DNA of 32,000 nt, from the NCBI GenBank assembly GCA_041674405.1, contig JBAYVT010000002.1, forward strand, positions 120,001 through 152,000. The letters run 5' to 3'. The number at the start of each line of letters is the position of its first letter. Position 1 is the stretch's first letter. Below the pieces are notes generated by a model. The model searched no databases, was not told where the DNA came from, and saw only the letters and a list, made by a program, of their open reading frames with translations. The translations under genes were made by a program, and so were the position numbers. This document shows positions 8,928 to 16,379 of the stretch, piece after piece. Source of the DNA: Patescibacteria group bacterium (GTDB taxonomy: Bacteria > Patescibacteriota > UBA1384 > XYA2-FULL-43-10).

Positions 8928-11054
8928 TTATTCTAAGTGTTTATGCGTTAAAAATTCATCAATTTTCTCCATAACTGCCGGATATTTTTCAATATTATTC
9001 GTAACGATCTTTGCCCCTTCCGCCGCTTCATCGATGAGCTCGATGTCGGAATACGATGCCATCCTGAGCTCATTATACCCCGACTGTATGGTTCCAAACA
9101 TATCACCAGCCCCGCGGTTCTTAAGATCTTGCTCTGCCAGCTTGAACCCATCAAGAATGTTTTCAAAAGATTTCAGTCGCTCTATCGCCCGCGGGTTCTG
9201 GGTACTTGAAAATACAAAGCAGAAGGACTGATGCTCGCCACGGCCAACTCTGCCACGGAATTGATGCAATTGTGCCAGCCCAAACCGCTCAGCATCTTCG
9301 ATCATCATGATCGTTGCATTCGGAATATCCACCCCTACCTCGACCACCGATGTAGATACCAATATATCAAGTTTACAAGCTTTAAATTCAGCCATTATTT
9401 CGTCTTTTGATTTTCCGCCTTTGGCGAGACCTCGCCTGCCCCGTCGGGGCGAGGCGGGCATTCGACCGTGGAGCATTCCAATCTTTAGATCAGGAAAGAT
9501 CTGTTTGCTCAATCGATTGTATTCCGCCATTACCGATTTTCTATCTTCGTCGAATAGTGTTTCTCTCGTTTGCGCTTCCGATTCTTCAATCAGCGGGCAA
9601 ATCACAAAGGCTTGGCGGCCAGATTGAATCTGCCGGCGAATGAAGTCATATGCTTTTAGCCTATTTGTCTCCTCAACAAATCTGGTTTTGATCGGTTTTC
9701 GGCCTTTCGGCATGGATTTGATAATCGACAAGTCAAGATCGCCGAAGAGCGCGAGATGCAATGATCTTGGAATTGGCGTCGCTGTCATCGATAGAAAGTG
9801 CGGCCTTAACCCTTCTCTGCTCTTCGTGAGTTCCGCCCGTTGATTTACACCGAATCTATGTTGTTCGTCCACGATCACGAGCCCCAAGTTCTTGATTTCA
9901 ACTTTGCCCTGAACCAAAGAATGCGTCCCCACTATCACCTGCCTCTCGAGCTCGCCCGCAACATTTGCCTTTCTCGTAGAGGAAGTCAAAAGCCCGACTG
10001 AAACATCTGATTTTTCTAAAAGCTTATTAAGTGTTTCAAAATGCTGTTTGGCAAGGATCTCTGTCGGCGCCATAAGTGCCGTTCGGAAGCCGGCTTTCGC
10101 AGCAATGTAGGCAGCGAATGCAGCAACCGCAGTTTTTCCGCTCCCGACATCCCCGTTAAGTAGCCTATTCATTGGTTTTTTTAATGCTAGATCTTTAGCG
10201 ATTTGCCAAACAGCCTTTTTCTGATCGGTGGTAAGCTCGAATGGCAGAGCATCTGCAAATTTCTTAAGTTCGGGATCTGCGGTCTCAATTTTTGGGGCTG
10301 ATTCTGTTGCGATCTCTTCCTTGATTAATTGCGAACGGATGGCAATCAGAAATAATTCGTCGAATGCTATTCTCCGCCTCGCTTTCGATAAGGCTTGCGA
10401 ATCCTCCGGCTCGTGGATATTTTTCAGAGCCGACCGGATTCCTAAGAGATCATATTTATCTAAAATGGGTTGTGGTAAATATTCCTCAAGTTTTGAGATT
10501 TGTCCGCCAGCCGGCGGATTAATATTTGAGATCAATCGAGCTATGAAGTAGCTCGACACACCCGCCGTCTCAGGATAAACTGGAACAATTTTTGGCCGGT
10601 TCGCTCGGTTTGGCGACTCCATCACAAGCGAATGAGAAAAAGAATCGTAGGAAACTTTGCCGTTTAATATAACTTCGGATCCAGCTTTCAGCATTTTTGC
10701 CAAGTATGGTTGATTAAACCAAACAACTTTGAGCGATCCGGAGTTGTCTTCAACTACTGCTTCTGTCACGGTAAACCCCCTGCGTCTCGTTCTTTTATTG
10801 GCAATGCCCACTACTCGAGCTCGGATCGTGAAGTTATTAGTTTTTAGTTCTAAGTTATTAGTTAAGTTACTAATTTTAGTGACTTGGGTATAGTCTTTAT
10901 ATCTTCGTGGATAATGATAAATCAAATCTTGGGCTGTATAAATTCCCAGCTTATTGAGCTTCGGTGCAACCTTTGGCCCGACACCCTTCAAATATTTAAT
11001 TTCGGTATTTAAATTTATTTCCATTTCACCAACATTATACTTTATACTTTTCAC
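8928..11054 (-). CDS. recG: ATP-dependent DNA helicase RecG
   Basis: YLKGVGPKVAPKLNKLGIYTAQDLIYHYPRRYKDYT..., NRLLNGDVGSGKTAVAAFAAY, DEQHRFGVNQR, LSMTATPIPRSL, QFRGRVGRG. Start may be the internal MEINLNTEIK. Confidence 0.97.
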   Translation of the reverse strand: MKSIKYNVGEMEINLNTEIKYLKGVGPKVAPKLNKLGIYTAQDLIYHYPRRYKDYTQVTKISNLTNNLELKTNNFTIRARVVGIANKRTRRRGFTVTEAVVEDNSGSLKVVWFNQPYLAKMLKAGSEVILNGKVSYDSFSHSLVMESPNRANRPKIVPVYPETAGVSSYFIARLISNINPPAGGQISKLEEYLPQPILDKYDLLGIRSALKNIHEPEDSQALSKARRRIAFDELFLIAIRSQLIKEEIATESAPKIETADPELKKFADALPFELTTDQKKAVWQIAKDLALKKPMNRLLNGDVGSGKTAVAAFAAYIAAKAGFRTALMAPTEILAKQHFETLNKLLEKSDVSVGLLTSSTRKANVAGELERQVIVGTHSLVQGKVEIKNLGLVIVDEQHRFGVNQRAELTKSREGLRPHFLSMTATPIPRSLHLALFGDLDLSIIKSMPKGRKPIKTRFVEETNRLKAYDFIRRQIQSGRQAFVICPLIEESEAQTRETLFDEDRKSVMAEYNRLSKQIFPDLKIGMLHGRMPASPRRGRRGLAKGGKSKDEIMAEFKACKLDILVSTSVVEVGVDIPNATIMMIEDAERFGLAQLHQFRGRVGRGEHQSFCFVFSSTQNPRAIERLKSFENILDGFKLAEQDLKNRGAGDMFGTIQSGYNELRMASYSDIELIDEAAEGAKIVTNNIEKYPAVMEKIDEFLTHKHLE
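9415..9459 (-). repeat. 45-bp GC-rich palindromic element in frame inside recG
   Basis: CCGCCTTTGGCGAGACCTCGCCTGCCCCGTCGGGGCGAGGCGGGC; encodes PASPRRGRRGLAKGG between HGRM and KSKDEIMAEF, where other RecG proteins (from memory) have no such basic insert. Confidence 0.6.
10831..10878. repeat. AT-rich quasi-repeat of the TTAGTTATTAGTTTTTAGTT type inside recG
   Basis: aagttattagtttttagttctaagttattagttaagttactaatttta; same vocabulary as intergenic copies near 1073-1100, 12334-12360 and 14818-14880. Confidence 0.5.
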
Positions 11055-11072
11055 TTTGCACTATCACAGGTA

Positions 11073-11101
11073 TTGACATTTATTGACCAGCGTGATATAA
11101 G
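11073..11101 (+). promoter_or_regulatory. Near-consensus sigma70 promoter
   Basis: TTGACA - 17 nt - TATAAG on the plus strand, upstream of the 41-aa microgene. Confidence 0.75.
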
Positions 11102-11159
11102 TGATCTTGTCGTACCGCGAAGCTTAGGCTCGCGGATCTTCGTCAGGGAGGTAGTGCCA

Positions 11160-11285
11160 ATGCTCGATCGTCTCGGTCACCGTCTCGCGAAGTCGCCGAT
11201 ATCGTACCCGGTTCTCGGGAAGACCATCGCCGCGATGTCGCGAGTGACCCGCTGGGTCCAGCGGGTGCACGAGATGCCTGGCTAG
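11160..11285 (+). CDS. 41-aa cationic microprotein
   Basis: MLDRLGHRLAKSPISYPVLGKTIAAMSRVTRWVQRVHEMPG*; SD CAGGGAGGTAGTGCCA-ATG and near-consensus promoter upstream. Confidence 0.6.
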   Translation: MLDRLGHRLAKSPISYPVLGKTIAAMSRVTRWVQRVHEMPG

Positions 11286-11303
11286 CGGTTCCACCCTGCG
11301 GAC

Positions 11304-11602
11304 GTCCGGATAGGTGGCTGTTGAACTGGCCGTAAGATCCGGACAGCGGAAGGTGGGAGCCGGCGGTTGCGTCGTAGGTCGCAAGGACCAACGCGCCGCC
11401 GGCTCCCGCCGGCAAGCCTCATCCATCCTTTCTTCTCGGAGGTGCTATCATTATCCTCCCCACTTCCGAGATTGGTGGAGAAGGAGTTCCCTGGCGGACG
11501 CTCCCTCTCCACCACCGCCCCCCAAGACAGGGCACATCGTCGGTTCCCAAACCGGTGCTCTGTCTGAGTGTAATGCGCCGACCTCCTCGAGGCCGGCGCT
11601 TT
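11304..11602 (+). ncRNA. Candidate structured RNA / structured 3' region with consecutive strong hairpins
   Basis: GTCCGGAT(11304)/ATCCGGAC(11337); GGGAGCCGGCGG(11355)/CCGCCGGCTCCC(11396), 12/12; CTCGGAGGTG/CACTTCCGAG (11435..11470); GGTGGAGAAGGAG/CTCCCTCTCCACC (11474..11513); AGACAGGGCAC/GTGCTCTGTCT (11525..11565); GCGCCGACCTC/GAGGCCGGCGC (near 11576..11602). Confidence 0.45.
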
Positions 11603-11665
11603 TGCGTCTAATGAGGGTATTCTAACTTCTGTGATCTTCAGTGAAACAATTCTGTGATCGTATAT

Positions 11666-11694
11666 TTGACTTAATGCAGAGCTTCGTATATATT
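11666..11694 (+). promoter_or_regulatory. Sigma70-like promoter
   Basis: TTGACT - 17 nt - TATATT on the plus strand. Confidence 0.65.
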
Positions 11695-11737
11695 ATTTCC
11701 GTCGCACTCATCAACTGCCCACGGGAGGGACAACCAC

Positions 11738-12064
11738 TTGCTCACCATGCTGTTTCTGATGTTGACGTTGATGGCGATCTTGCCACGGCCAGCCCTCCTG
11801 TTGGGGCTGATCAGCTTTTTCGGTCGGCGGAGCTCGCCCCCCTGCGATCCCGCTCCGGTCCTGGAGAGACCGGTCTCTGGCGCCGAGCCATCGGGCCAGG
11901 GAAAGTATCAGATGAATGTGTGGGGGTCTGAAGGACCCACCGTTGCCCCGGCCTTGCAAGCCCAAGTTTTTTCACGAGTGTCTTCAGGACACTCCTATCG
12001 CCTTACAAGCGACTTACTGACAGAGCGGCCCCTGGTATGGGTCGCTCTCGCTCTTTTTATTTAA
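11738..12064 (+). CDS. Putative small membrane protein (uncertain; could instead be a structured RNA)
   Basis: TTG start after CGGGAGGGACAACCAC; MLTMLFLMLTLMAILPRPALLLGLISFFGRRSS... hydrophobic N-terminus; ORF end overlaps a terminator hairpin. Confidence 0.4.
   Translation: MLTMLFLMLTLMAILPRPALLLGLISFFGRRSSPPCDPAPVLERPVSGAEPSGQGKYQMNVWGSEGPTVAPALQAQVFSRVSSGHSYRLTSDLLTERPLVWVALALFI
12022..12048 (+). terminator. Rho-independent terminator
   Basis: AGAGCGGCCC-CTGGTAT-GGGTCGCTCT (one G.U pair in plus RNA) followed by CGCTCTTTTTATTT. Confidence 0.65.
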
Positions 12065-12078
12065 GCTTATCAATATTA

Positions 12079-12087
12079 TGATATAAT
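12079..12087 (+). promoter_or_regulatory. Extended -10 promoter element
   Basis: TGATATAAT (TG-N-TATAAT) upstream of the 20-aa peptide gene; no obvious -35. Confidence 0.5.
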
Positions 12088-12143
12088 GCTCTTGCAGAAC
12101 GCCAACAGATTTTCCACGTCGGATAACGAAGGAGGGTTGTGCT

Positions 12144-12206
12144 ATGAGGGTTCTGTTCTCTGCCTTGGCATTGCTGGTGCTGGTGGCGCTGGTGGTCGTG
12201 GCCTAG
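12144..12206 (+). CDS. 20-aa single-TM micropeptide
   Basis: ATG preceded by GAAGGAGGGTTGTGCT; MRVLFSALALLVLVALVVVA*; followed by three hairpins (12206..12223, 12255..12273, 12283..12310). Confidence 0.5.
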   Translation: MRVLFSALALLVLVALVVVA

Positions 12207-12282
12207 GTCCTAGCAAGAGGACCGCGGTGGCTGGATCAACAGCAAGAATCGGATCATCCGCCCTGGGCGGATGGCGAGATTA

Positions 12283-12310
12283 AAACGACGGCTGTCCCTA
12301 GCCGTCGTTT
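12283..12310 (+). terminator. Hairpin closing the 20-aa peptide transcription unit
   Basis: AAACGACGGCT-GTCCCT-AGCCGTCGTTT, perfect 11-bp stem. Confidence 0.7.
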
Positions 12311-12366
12311 CTCGTCGTATGAGATAGTTGCCCAATAGTTTTTAGTTTTAACATTTGAGTTTTGAG

Positions 12367-13476
12367 TTATTTAATGTATCCCCCTCCCAAAACTTCATCA
12401 CCCAAGTAGAACACTGCGGATTGACCGGGAGTAATCGCTCTTTGCGGCTCATCAAATTCAACTACAATGTTTTTGATCTTTGATATTTGACCTTTGATCT
12501 CGCATGGCACCGCTGCATGCCGATATCTTATTTTGACCTTAAGGCTCATAAGTTCTTCAGCCCTTAAGTTTTGAGGTTCGATCAACCAATTCAAATCTGT
12601 CACCGTCATCTCTTTGCTATATATATCCTCATCGTCACCCACGATCAGTTGGTTTTTCGAAACATTAAATCCAACCACATAAAGTGGTTTTTTTTGAGTT
12701 TTTAGCTGACAGCTTGCAGATTGCAGTTGATCTATTCCTTTGCGTTGTCCGATTGTATAATTGACCAATCCTTCGTGAGTCCCGAGTACATTCCCCTCTT
12801 TATCGGCAATTTCGCCGGGTTTAAAATATTTCTGATCCAAATATCTTTTCAAAAAAAAGCGATAATCACGATCACCAAAAAAGCAAATTTCCTGGCTTTC
12901 CGGCTTTTCCTTGACCGGCAGATCCCACTTTTTTGCCAGTTCCCGCACATCTTTCTTCTTCATTTCTCCGAGCGGAAACAGAGTTTTTGATAGCTGATTC
13001 TGATTCAATCGATAGAGCATGTAGCTTTGATCCTTGGTGCCGTCGATACCAGCTAAAAGCTGATAACTGGCTACTGGCAGCTTCTGGATTCGCGCATAAT
13101 GTCCTGTCGCAAGATAATCACAGCCGATAGAAAGCGCTTTTTTAAGTAGAAGATCAAATTTGATTTTTTCATTACAGACAATGCACGGGTTTGGGGTTTT
13201 TAATTTTTTGTATTCATCGATGAAATAGTCAACAACATCTTTTTTGAATTCATCCACAGCGTTTATAACATAGAACGGGATACCAAGGCCGTGCGCCACC
13301 TTTCGCGCGTCTTCGAGCGCCTCATAGTTGCAACATCGATTTTCCTTTACCACATTACACATAGGGTCAGACCATAATTTCAAAAAAAGCCCGACTAATT
13401 CGTGGCCCTCATCTTTTAACATTTTTGCCACGACGGAAGAATCAACTCCACCGGACATTGCGACCGCAATTTTCAT
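12367..13476 (-). CDS. mnmA: tRNA-specific 2-thiouridylase
   Basis: MKIAVAMSGGVDSSVVAKMLKDEGHELVGLFLKLW..., TPNPCIVCNEKIKF, ATGHYARI, KDQSYMLYRL, SQEICFF. Confidence 0.96.
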   Translation of the reverse strand: MKIAVAMSGGVDSSVVAKMLKDEGHELVGLFLKLWSDPMCNVVKENRCCNYEALEDARKVAHGLGIPFYVINAVDEFKKDVVDYFIDEYKKLKTPNPCIVCNEKIKFDLLLKKALSIGCDYLATGHYARIQKLPVASYQLLAGIDGTKDQSYMLYRLNQNQLSKTLFPLGEMKKKDVRELAKKWDLPVKEKPESQEICFFGDRDYRFFLKRYLDQKYFKPGEIADKEGNVLGTHEGLVNYTIGQRKGIDQLQSASCQLKTQKKPLYVVGFNVSKNQLIVGDDEDIYSKEMTVTDLNWLIEPQNLRAEELMSLKVKIRYRHAAVPCEIKGQISKIKNIVVEFDEPQRAITPGQSAVFYLGDEVLGGGYIK

Positions 13477-14294
13477 TATGCTTGTCTCGTTTCCGCTGAT
13501 TTAACTAAGTTCGCAAATAGCATCGCTACTGTCATTGGCCCGATTCCACCCGGCACAGGAGTATAAAAGGACGCCTTGCGATAGCAATTTATATCTATAT
13601 CACCGCGCAATTCCCCGCCAACCTCGGTGGTCCCCGCATCGATCAAAACCACCCCGTTTTTGACCATATCCGGCTTGATCAGATTTGCCGTTCCGGTTGC
13701 CGAAATGACAATATCGGCATCGGAAGTTATCGTTGCTAGGTATGGCGTCTCTTCATCAGCAATTCGAATATCGGCATTCTCCGATTCCAGCATACGAGCA
13801 AGAGGTGAACCTACTAAAAAGCCTTTGCCAATTATCGCAATTTTTGATTCCTTATAATTAATACCGGATCGCTTGATCGCTTCCATTATCGAGATCGTGA
13901 CTGGCGGCCGGAAATTACAGATTCCACCCCTGCAAAAGTTTAAGCCATCGACATCTTTTGCCGGATCAATTTGTTTGATTAGGTCATTTAGATTCAAATA
14001 TTCTGGAATCGGAATCTGGATCATAATTCCATCAACCGATTGATTTTGATTGAGTTCTAGAATTTTTTTCTCAACTTCTTCTTGAGTTACCTCTGTCGGA
14101 TATTTGAACAAGTCAAAATGCACACCGATTTTCTCCGCTGCTCGTTCTTTTGACTCAATATAACGCGCCGTCGCAAAATCTTCACCGATCCAAATCACCG
14201 CAAGAACAGGCTTTTGTTGAAAGCTTGCAACTCGAATTTTCAAATCATCGAGTATTTCGTTTCTGATTTTTCTGCCATCAAACATGTTCATCAT
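13476..14294 (-). CDS. folD: Bifunctional methylenetetrahydrofolate dehydrogenase/cyclohydrolase, divergent
   Basis: ARYIESKERAAEKIG, IQIPIPEYLN, IDPAKDVDGL, GKGFLVGSPLA, TPVPGGIGPMTVAMLFANLV; TAATG stop-start overlap with mnmA. Confidence 0.9.
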   Translation of the reverse strand: MMNMFDGRKIRNEILDDLKIRVASFQQKPVLAVIWIGEDFATARYIESKERAAEKIGVHFDLFKYPTEVTQEEVEKKILELNQNQSVDGIMIQIPIPEYLNLNDLIKQIDPAKDVDGLNFCRGGICNFRPPVTISIMEAIKRSGINYKESKIAIIGKGFLVGSPLARMLESENADIRIADEETPYLATITSDADIVISATGTANLIKPDMVKNGVVLIDAGTTEVGGELRGDIDINCYRKASFYTPVPGGIGPMTVAMLFANLVKSAETRQA

Positions 14295-14355
14295 ATTAAC
14301 TAATATCTAATAACTAATAACTTAAAACCATTTGAATCAAAACATCTAAAGCTTT

Positions 14356-14754
14356 TCAATTTTTGAGTTGTATTTTTGATTTGTTTTTGTAATCCTCTAT
14401 CGCCTTATGAATTCCTTCTGCTGATAGGATCGAACAATGATACTTCTGAGCCGGTAATTTGCCCAAGGAGTCATTGATATCATCGCGAGTAATTTCAAGC
14501 GCTTCATCCAAAGTTTTGCCCTTAGAAAGATCCGTCATCATCGAGCTTGCGGCGATTGCTGCGGCACAACCAAGTGTTAAAAATTTAACATCCTCGATAT
14601 ATTCTTTGCCGTCCTTTTTTCCAACTTTGATAGTAATTTTCATCATATCGCCGCATTTCGGATTGCCGACCTCGCCAATTCCATCGGCATTTTCAATTTC
14701 CCCCACATTGTGAGGGCTTGAAAAATGTTTCATTACTTCATCACTATATTGCAT
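14356..14754 (-). CDS. iscU: NifU/IscU-type Fe-S scaffold protein
   Basis: MQYSDEVMKHFSSPHNVGEIENADGIGEVGNPKCGDMMKITIKV... FLTLGCAAAIAASSMM ... KYHCSILSAEGIHKA. Confidence 0.92.
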   Translation of the reverse strand: MQYSDEVMKHFSSPHNVGEIENADGIGEVGNPKCGDMMKITIKVGKKDGKEYIEDVKFLTLGCAAAIAASSMMTDLSKGKTLDEALEITRDDINDSLGKLPAQKYHCSILSAEGIHKAIEDYKNKSKIQLKN

Positions 14755-14878
14755 ATGCTCCTTATGTAAAAACTTAAATGTAATAACTAATTGAATTACT
14801 CCATTGGTTCTTAGATTTAAGTTATTAGTTTTTAGTTAATTGTCCTATGGTTTTTCGTTTTTCGATATTAGTTTTTAG

Positions 14879-16141
14879 CTATCCAATTGGGCTTATCTTT
14901 CTTAATTTCTCAATTATTCCCGGCAATACTTCCATAAGGCGATCTATTTCTTCTTCGGTGGTGTATCTCCCAATTGTGAATCGAATTGAGCTATGTGCTC
15001 TTTCTTCGGGGTATCCAAGCGCCATTATCACATGTGAGGGTTCAAGGGAACCCGATGTACAAGCCGAACCTGTAGAGGCCGCGATCCCTAGCATATCCAA
15101 ATTGAGCAGAATCGACTCGCCTTCGATGCCGGCAAATGAAATATTTACATTATTCGGGCTTCTGCAAATATCCGTGCCATTCAATTTGGCATTTGCAATA
15201 TTATCGACAATACCCCTGATTAATTTTTCTCTCAATTTCAATGATTTTTCCGTTGCATTAGTCATTTTAAGAGATGGAAAATCCTCTGACACAATCGCCC
15301 CATCGGTGTCAGCGGCATCGCGGATTACTAGTTCGGCCGCCTTGGCAAAACCGACTATGCCCGCGACATTCTCCGTGCCCGCTCGCTTCTTGTATTCTTG
15401 TCCACCACCGGTGATTTCCGGCTTAAGCGGGGTGCCTTTTTTGGCGAATAAAAGGCCGACTCCCTTCGGCCCATAAATTTTATGAGCCGTCATTGTAAGA
15501 AGATCGACATGCAAATATTTAGTTCCCATTTCGAAATACTCTGCTGCTTGCACTGCATCGGTATGGAAATAAATTTTTTGGGCATTGGGGTTTTTTTCAA
15601 GCCGACCCAGGTTTTCCTTCTCAATCATCTTGCCAATTTCGCGGATCGGCTGTGCTGTGCCAATTTCATTATTTACATACATTACAGAAACCAGGGCAGT
15701 GTTTTTACGGATTGCTTTTACTACTTGCTGGCTATTGATTACGCCATCTTGCTCCGGGCTTATGTAGGTAGCTTCGATTTTCCCCTGTTTCTCTAGATCT
15801 TTTACGGTATCCAAAACTGCATGATGTTCAAATGTTGAAGTTACAACATGAGGTTTTTTATTCATGCCTTTATAGTCTGGCAACATCGATTCGATCACGC
15901 CGCGGATAGCCAGATTATCCGATTCCGACCCGCCAGATGTAAATAGAATTTCGCTTGGAGCGCAATCAAGAAAAAATGCCAAAAATTCTCTGGCTTTGTC
16001 GACTGCCGCTCTCGCCTCCTGCCCAAACCCGTGAACCGACGAAGGATTGCCGAAACTCACGCCAAAATATGGCGTCATTGCTTCAATAACTTCCGGCGCA
16101 ACTGGCGTGGTCGCAGCATTATCTAGATATATTCTCTTCAC
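14879..16141 (-). CDS. iscS: Cysteine desulfurase (IscS/NifS family)
   Basis: MKRIYLDNAATTPVAPEVIEAMTPYFGVSFGNPSSVHGFG..., TMTAHKIYGPKGVGLLF, ASTGSACTSGSLEPSHVIMALG. GTG start. Confidence 0.95.
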   Translation of the reverse strand: MKRIYLDNAATTPVAPEVIEAMTPYFGVSFGNPSSVHGFGQEARAAVDKAREFLAFFLDCAPSEILFTSGGSESDNLAIRGVIESMLPDYKGMNKKPHVVTSTFEHHAVLDTVKDLEKQGKIEATYISPEQDGVINSQQVVKAIRKNTALVSVMYVNNEIGTAQPIREIGKMIEKENLGRLEKNPNAQKIYFHTDAVQAAEYFEMGTKYLHVDLLTMTAHKIYGPKGVGLLFAKKGTPLKPEITGGGQEYKKRAGTENVAGIVGFAKAAELVIRDAADTDGAIVSEDFPSLKMTNATEKSLKLREKLIRGIVDNIANAKLNGTDICRSPNNVNISFAGIEGESILLNLDMLGIAASTGSACTSGSLEPSHVIMALGYPEERAHSSIRFTIGRYTTEEEIDRLMEVLPGIIEKLRKISPIG

Positions 16142-16362
16142 TTATCTTCCTTTGATTTCTCAACGATCGATACTACTTTTCTTAAATCAGAAACGCACTT
16201 CTTGCAATTTTCCTGTTTGGACAAATTATCAAAATCAGATTTAGATATTAAATAAGCCACCGGCTTGGAATACCTGACAACCTCAAACACATCTCCGTCC
16301 TCAACTTCTTTAAGAACCTTAGAAATGTTATTTTGCAATTCGTTTACGTTGATATTTTTCAT
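16138..16362 (-). CDS. Phd/YefM-family antitoxin-like DNA-binding protein with CxxC motif
   Basis: MKNINVNELQNNISKVLKEVEDGDVFEVVRYSKPVAYLISKSDFDNLSKQENCKKCVSDLRKVVSIVEKSKEDK*; GTGA overlap with iscS; no adjacent RelE/Doc-like toxin. Confidence 0.8.
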   Translation of the reverse strand: MKNINVNELQNNISKVLKEVEDGDVFEVVRYSKPVAYLISKSDFDNLSKQENCKKCVSDLRKVVSIVEKSKEDK

Positions 16363-16379
16363 TGGCTTTCGGCACTAAA

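Noticed and set aside
9600-9650. GCCGGCAGATTCAATCTGGCCGCC palindrome-like stretch in recG
   Set aside because: Encodes FIRRQIQSGRQAFVIC, which looks like normal RecG sequence, so no insertion is implied.
11124-11426. Minus-strand 100-aa ORF (MDEACRREPAARW...) and its overlapping frames
   Set aside because: Weak SD, crosses the strong inverted repeats, antisense to a promoter and SD-supported plus-strand microgene; kept only as a low-probability alternative.
11108-12060. Possibility that these are tmRNA, RNase P RNA, 6S or SRP RNA
   Set aside because: No tRNA-like ends, no GAGGAAAGUCC-type P RNA signature, no recognisable SRP or 6S features by eye; an Rfam search would be needed to exclude fully.
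16138-16362. Standard type II toxin-antitoxin module
   Set aside because: Only the antitoxin-like gene is present; the neighbours are iscS and the giant surface gene, and no toxin-like ORF is adjacent.
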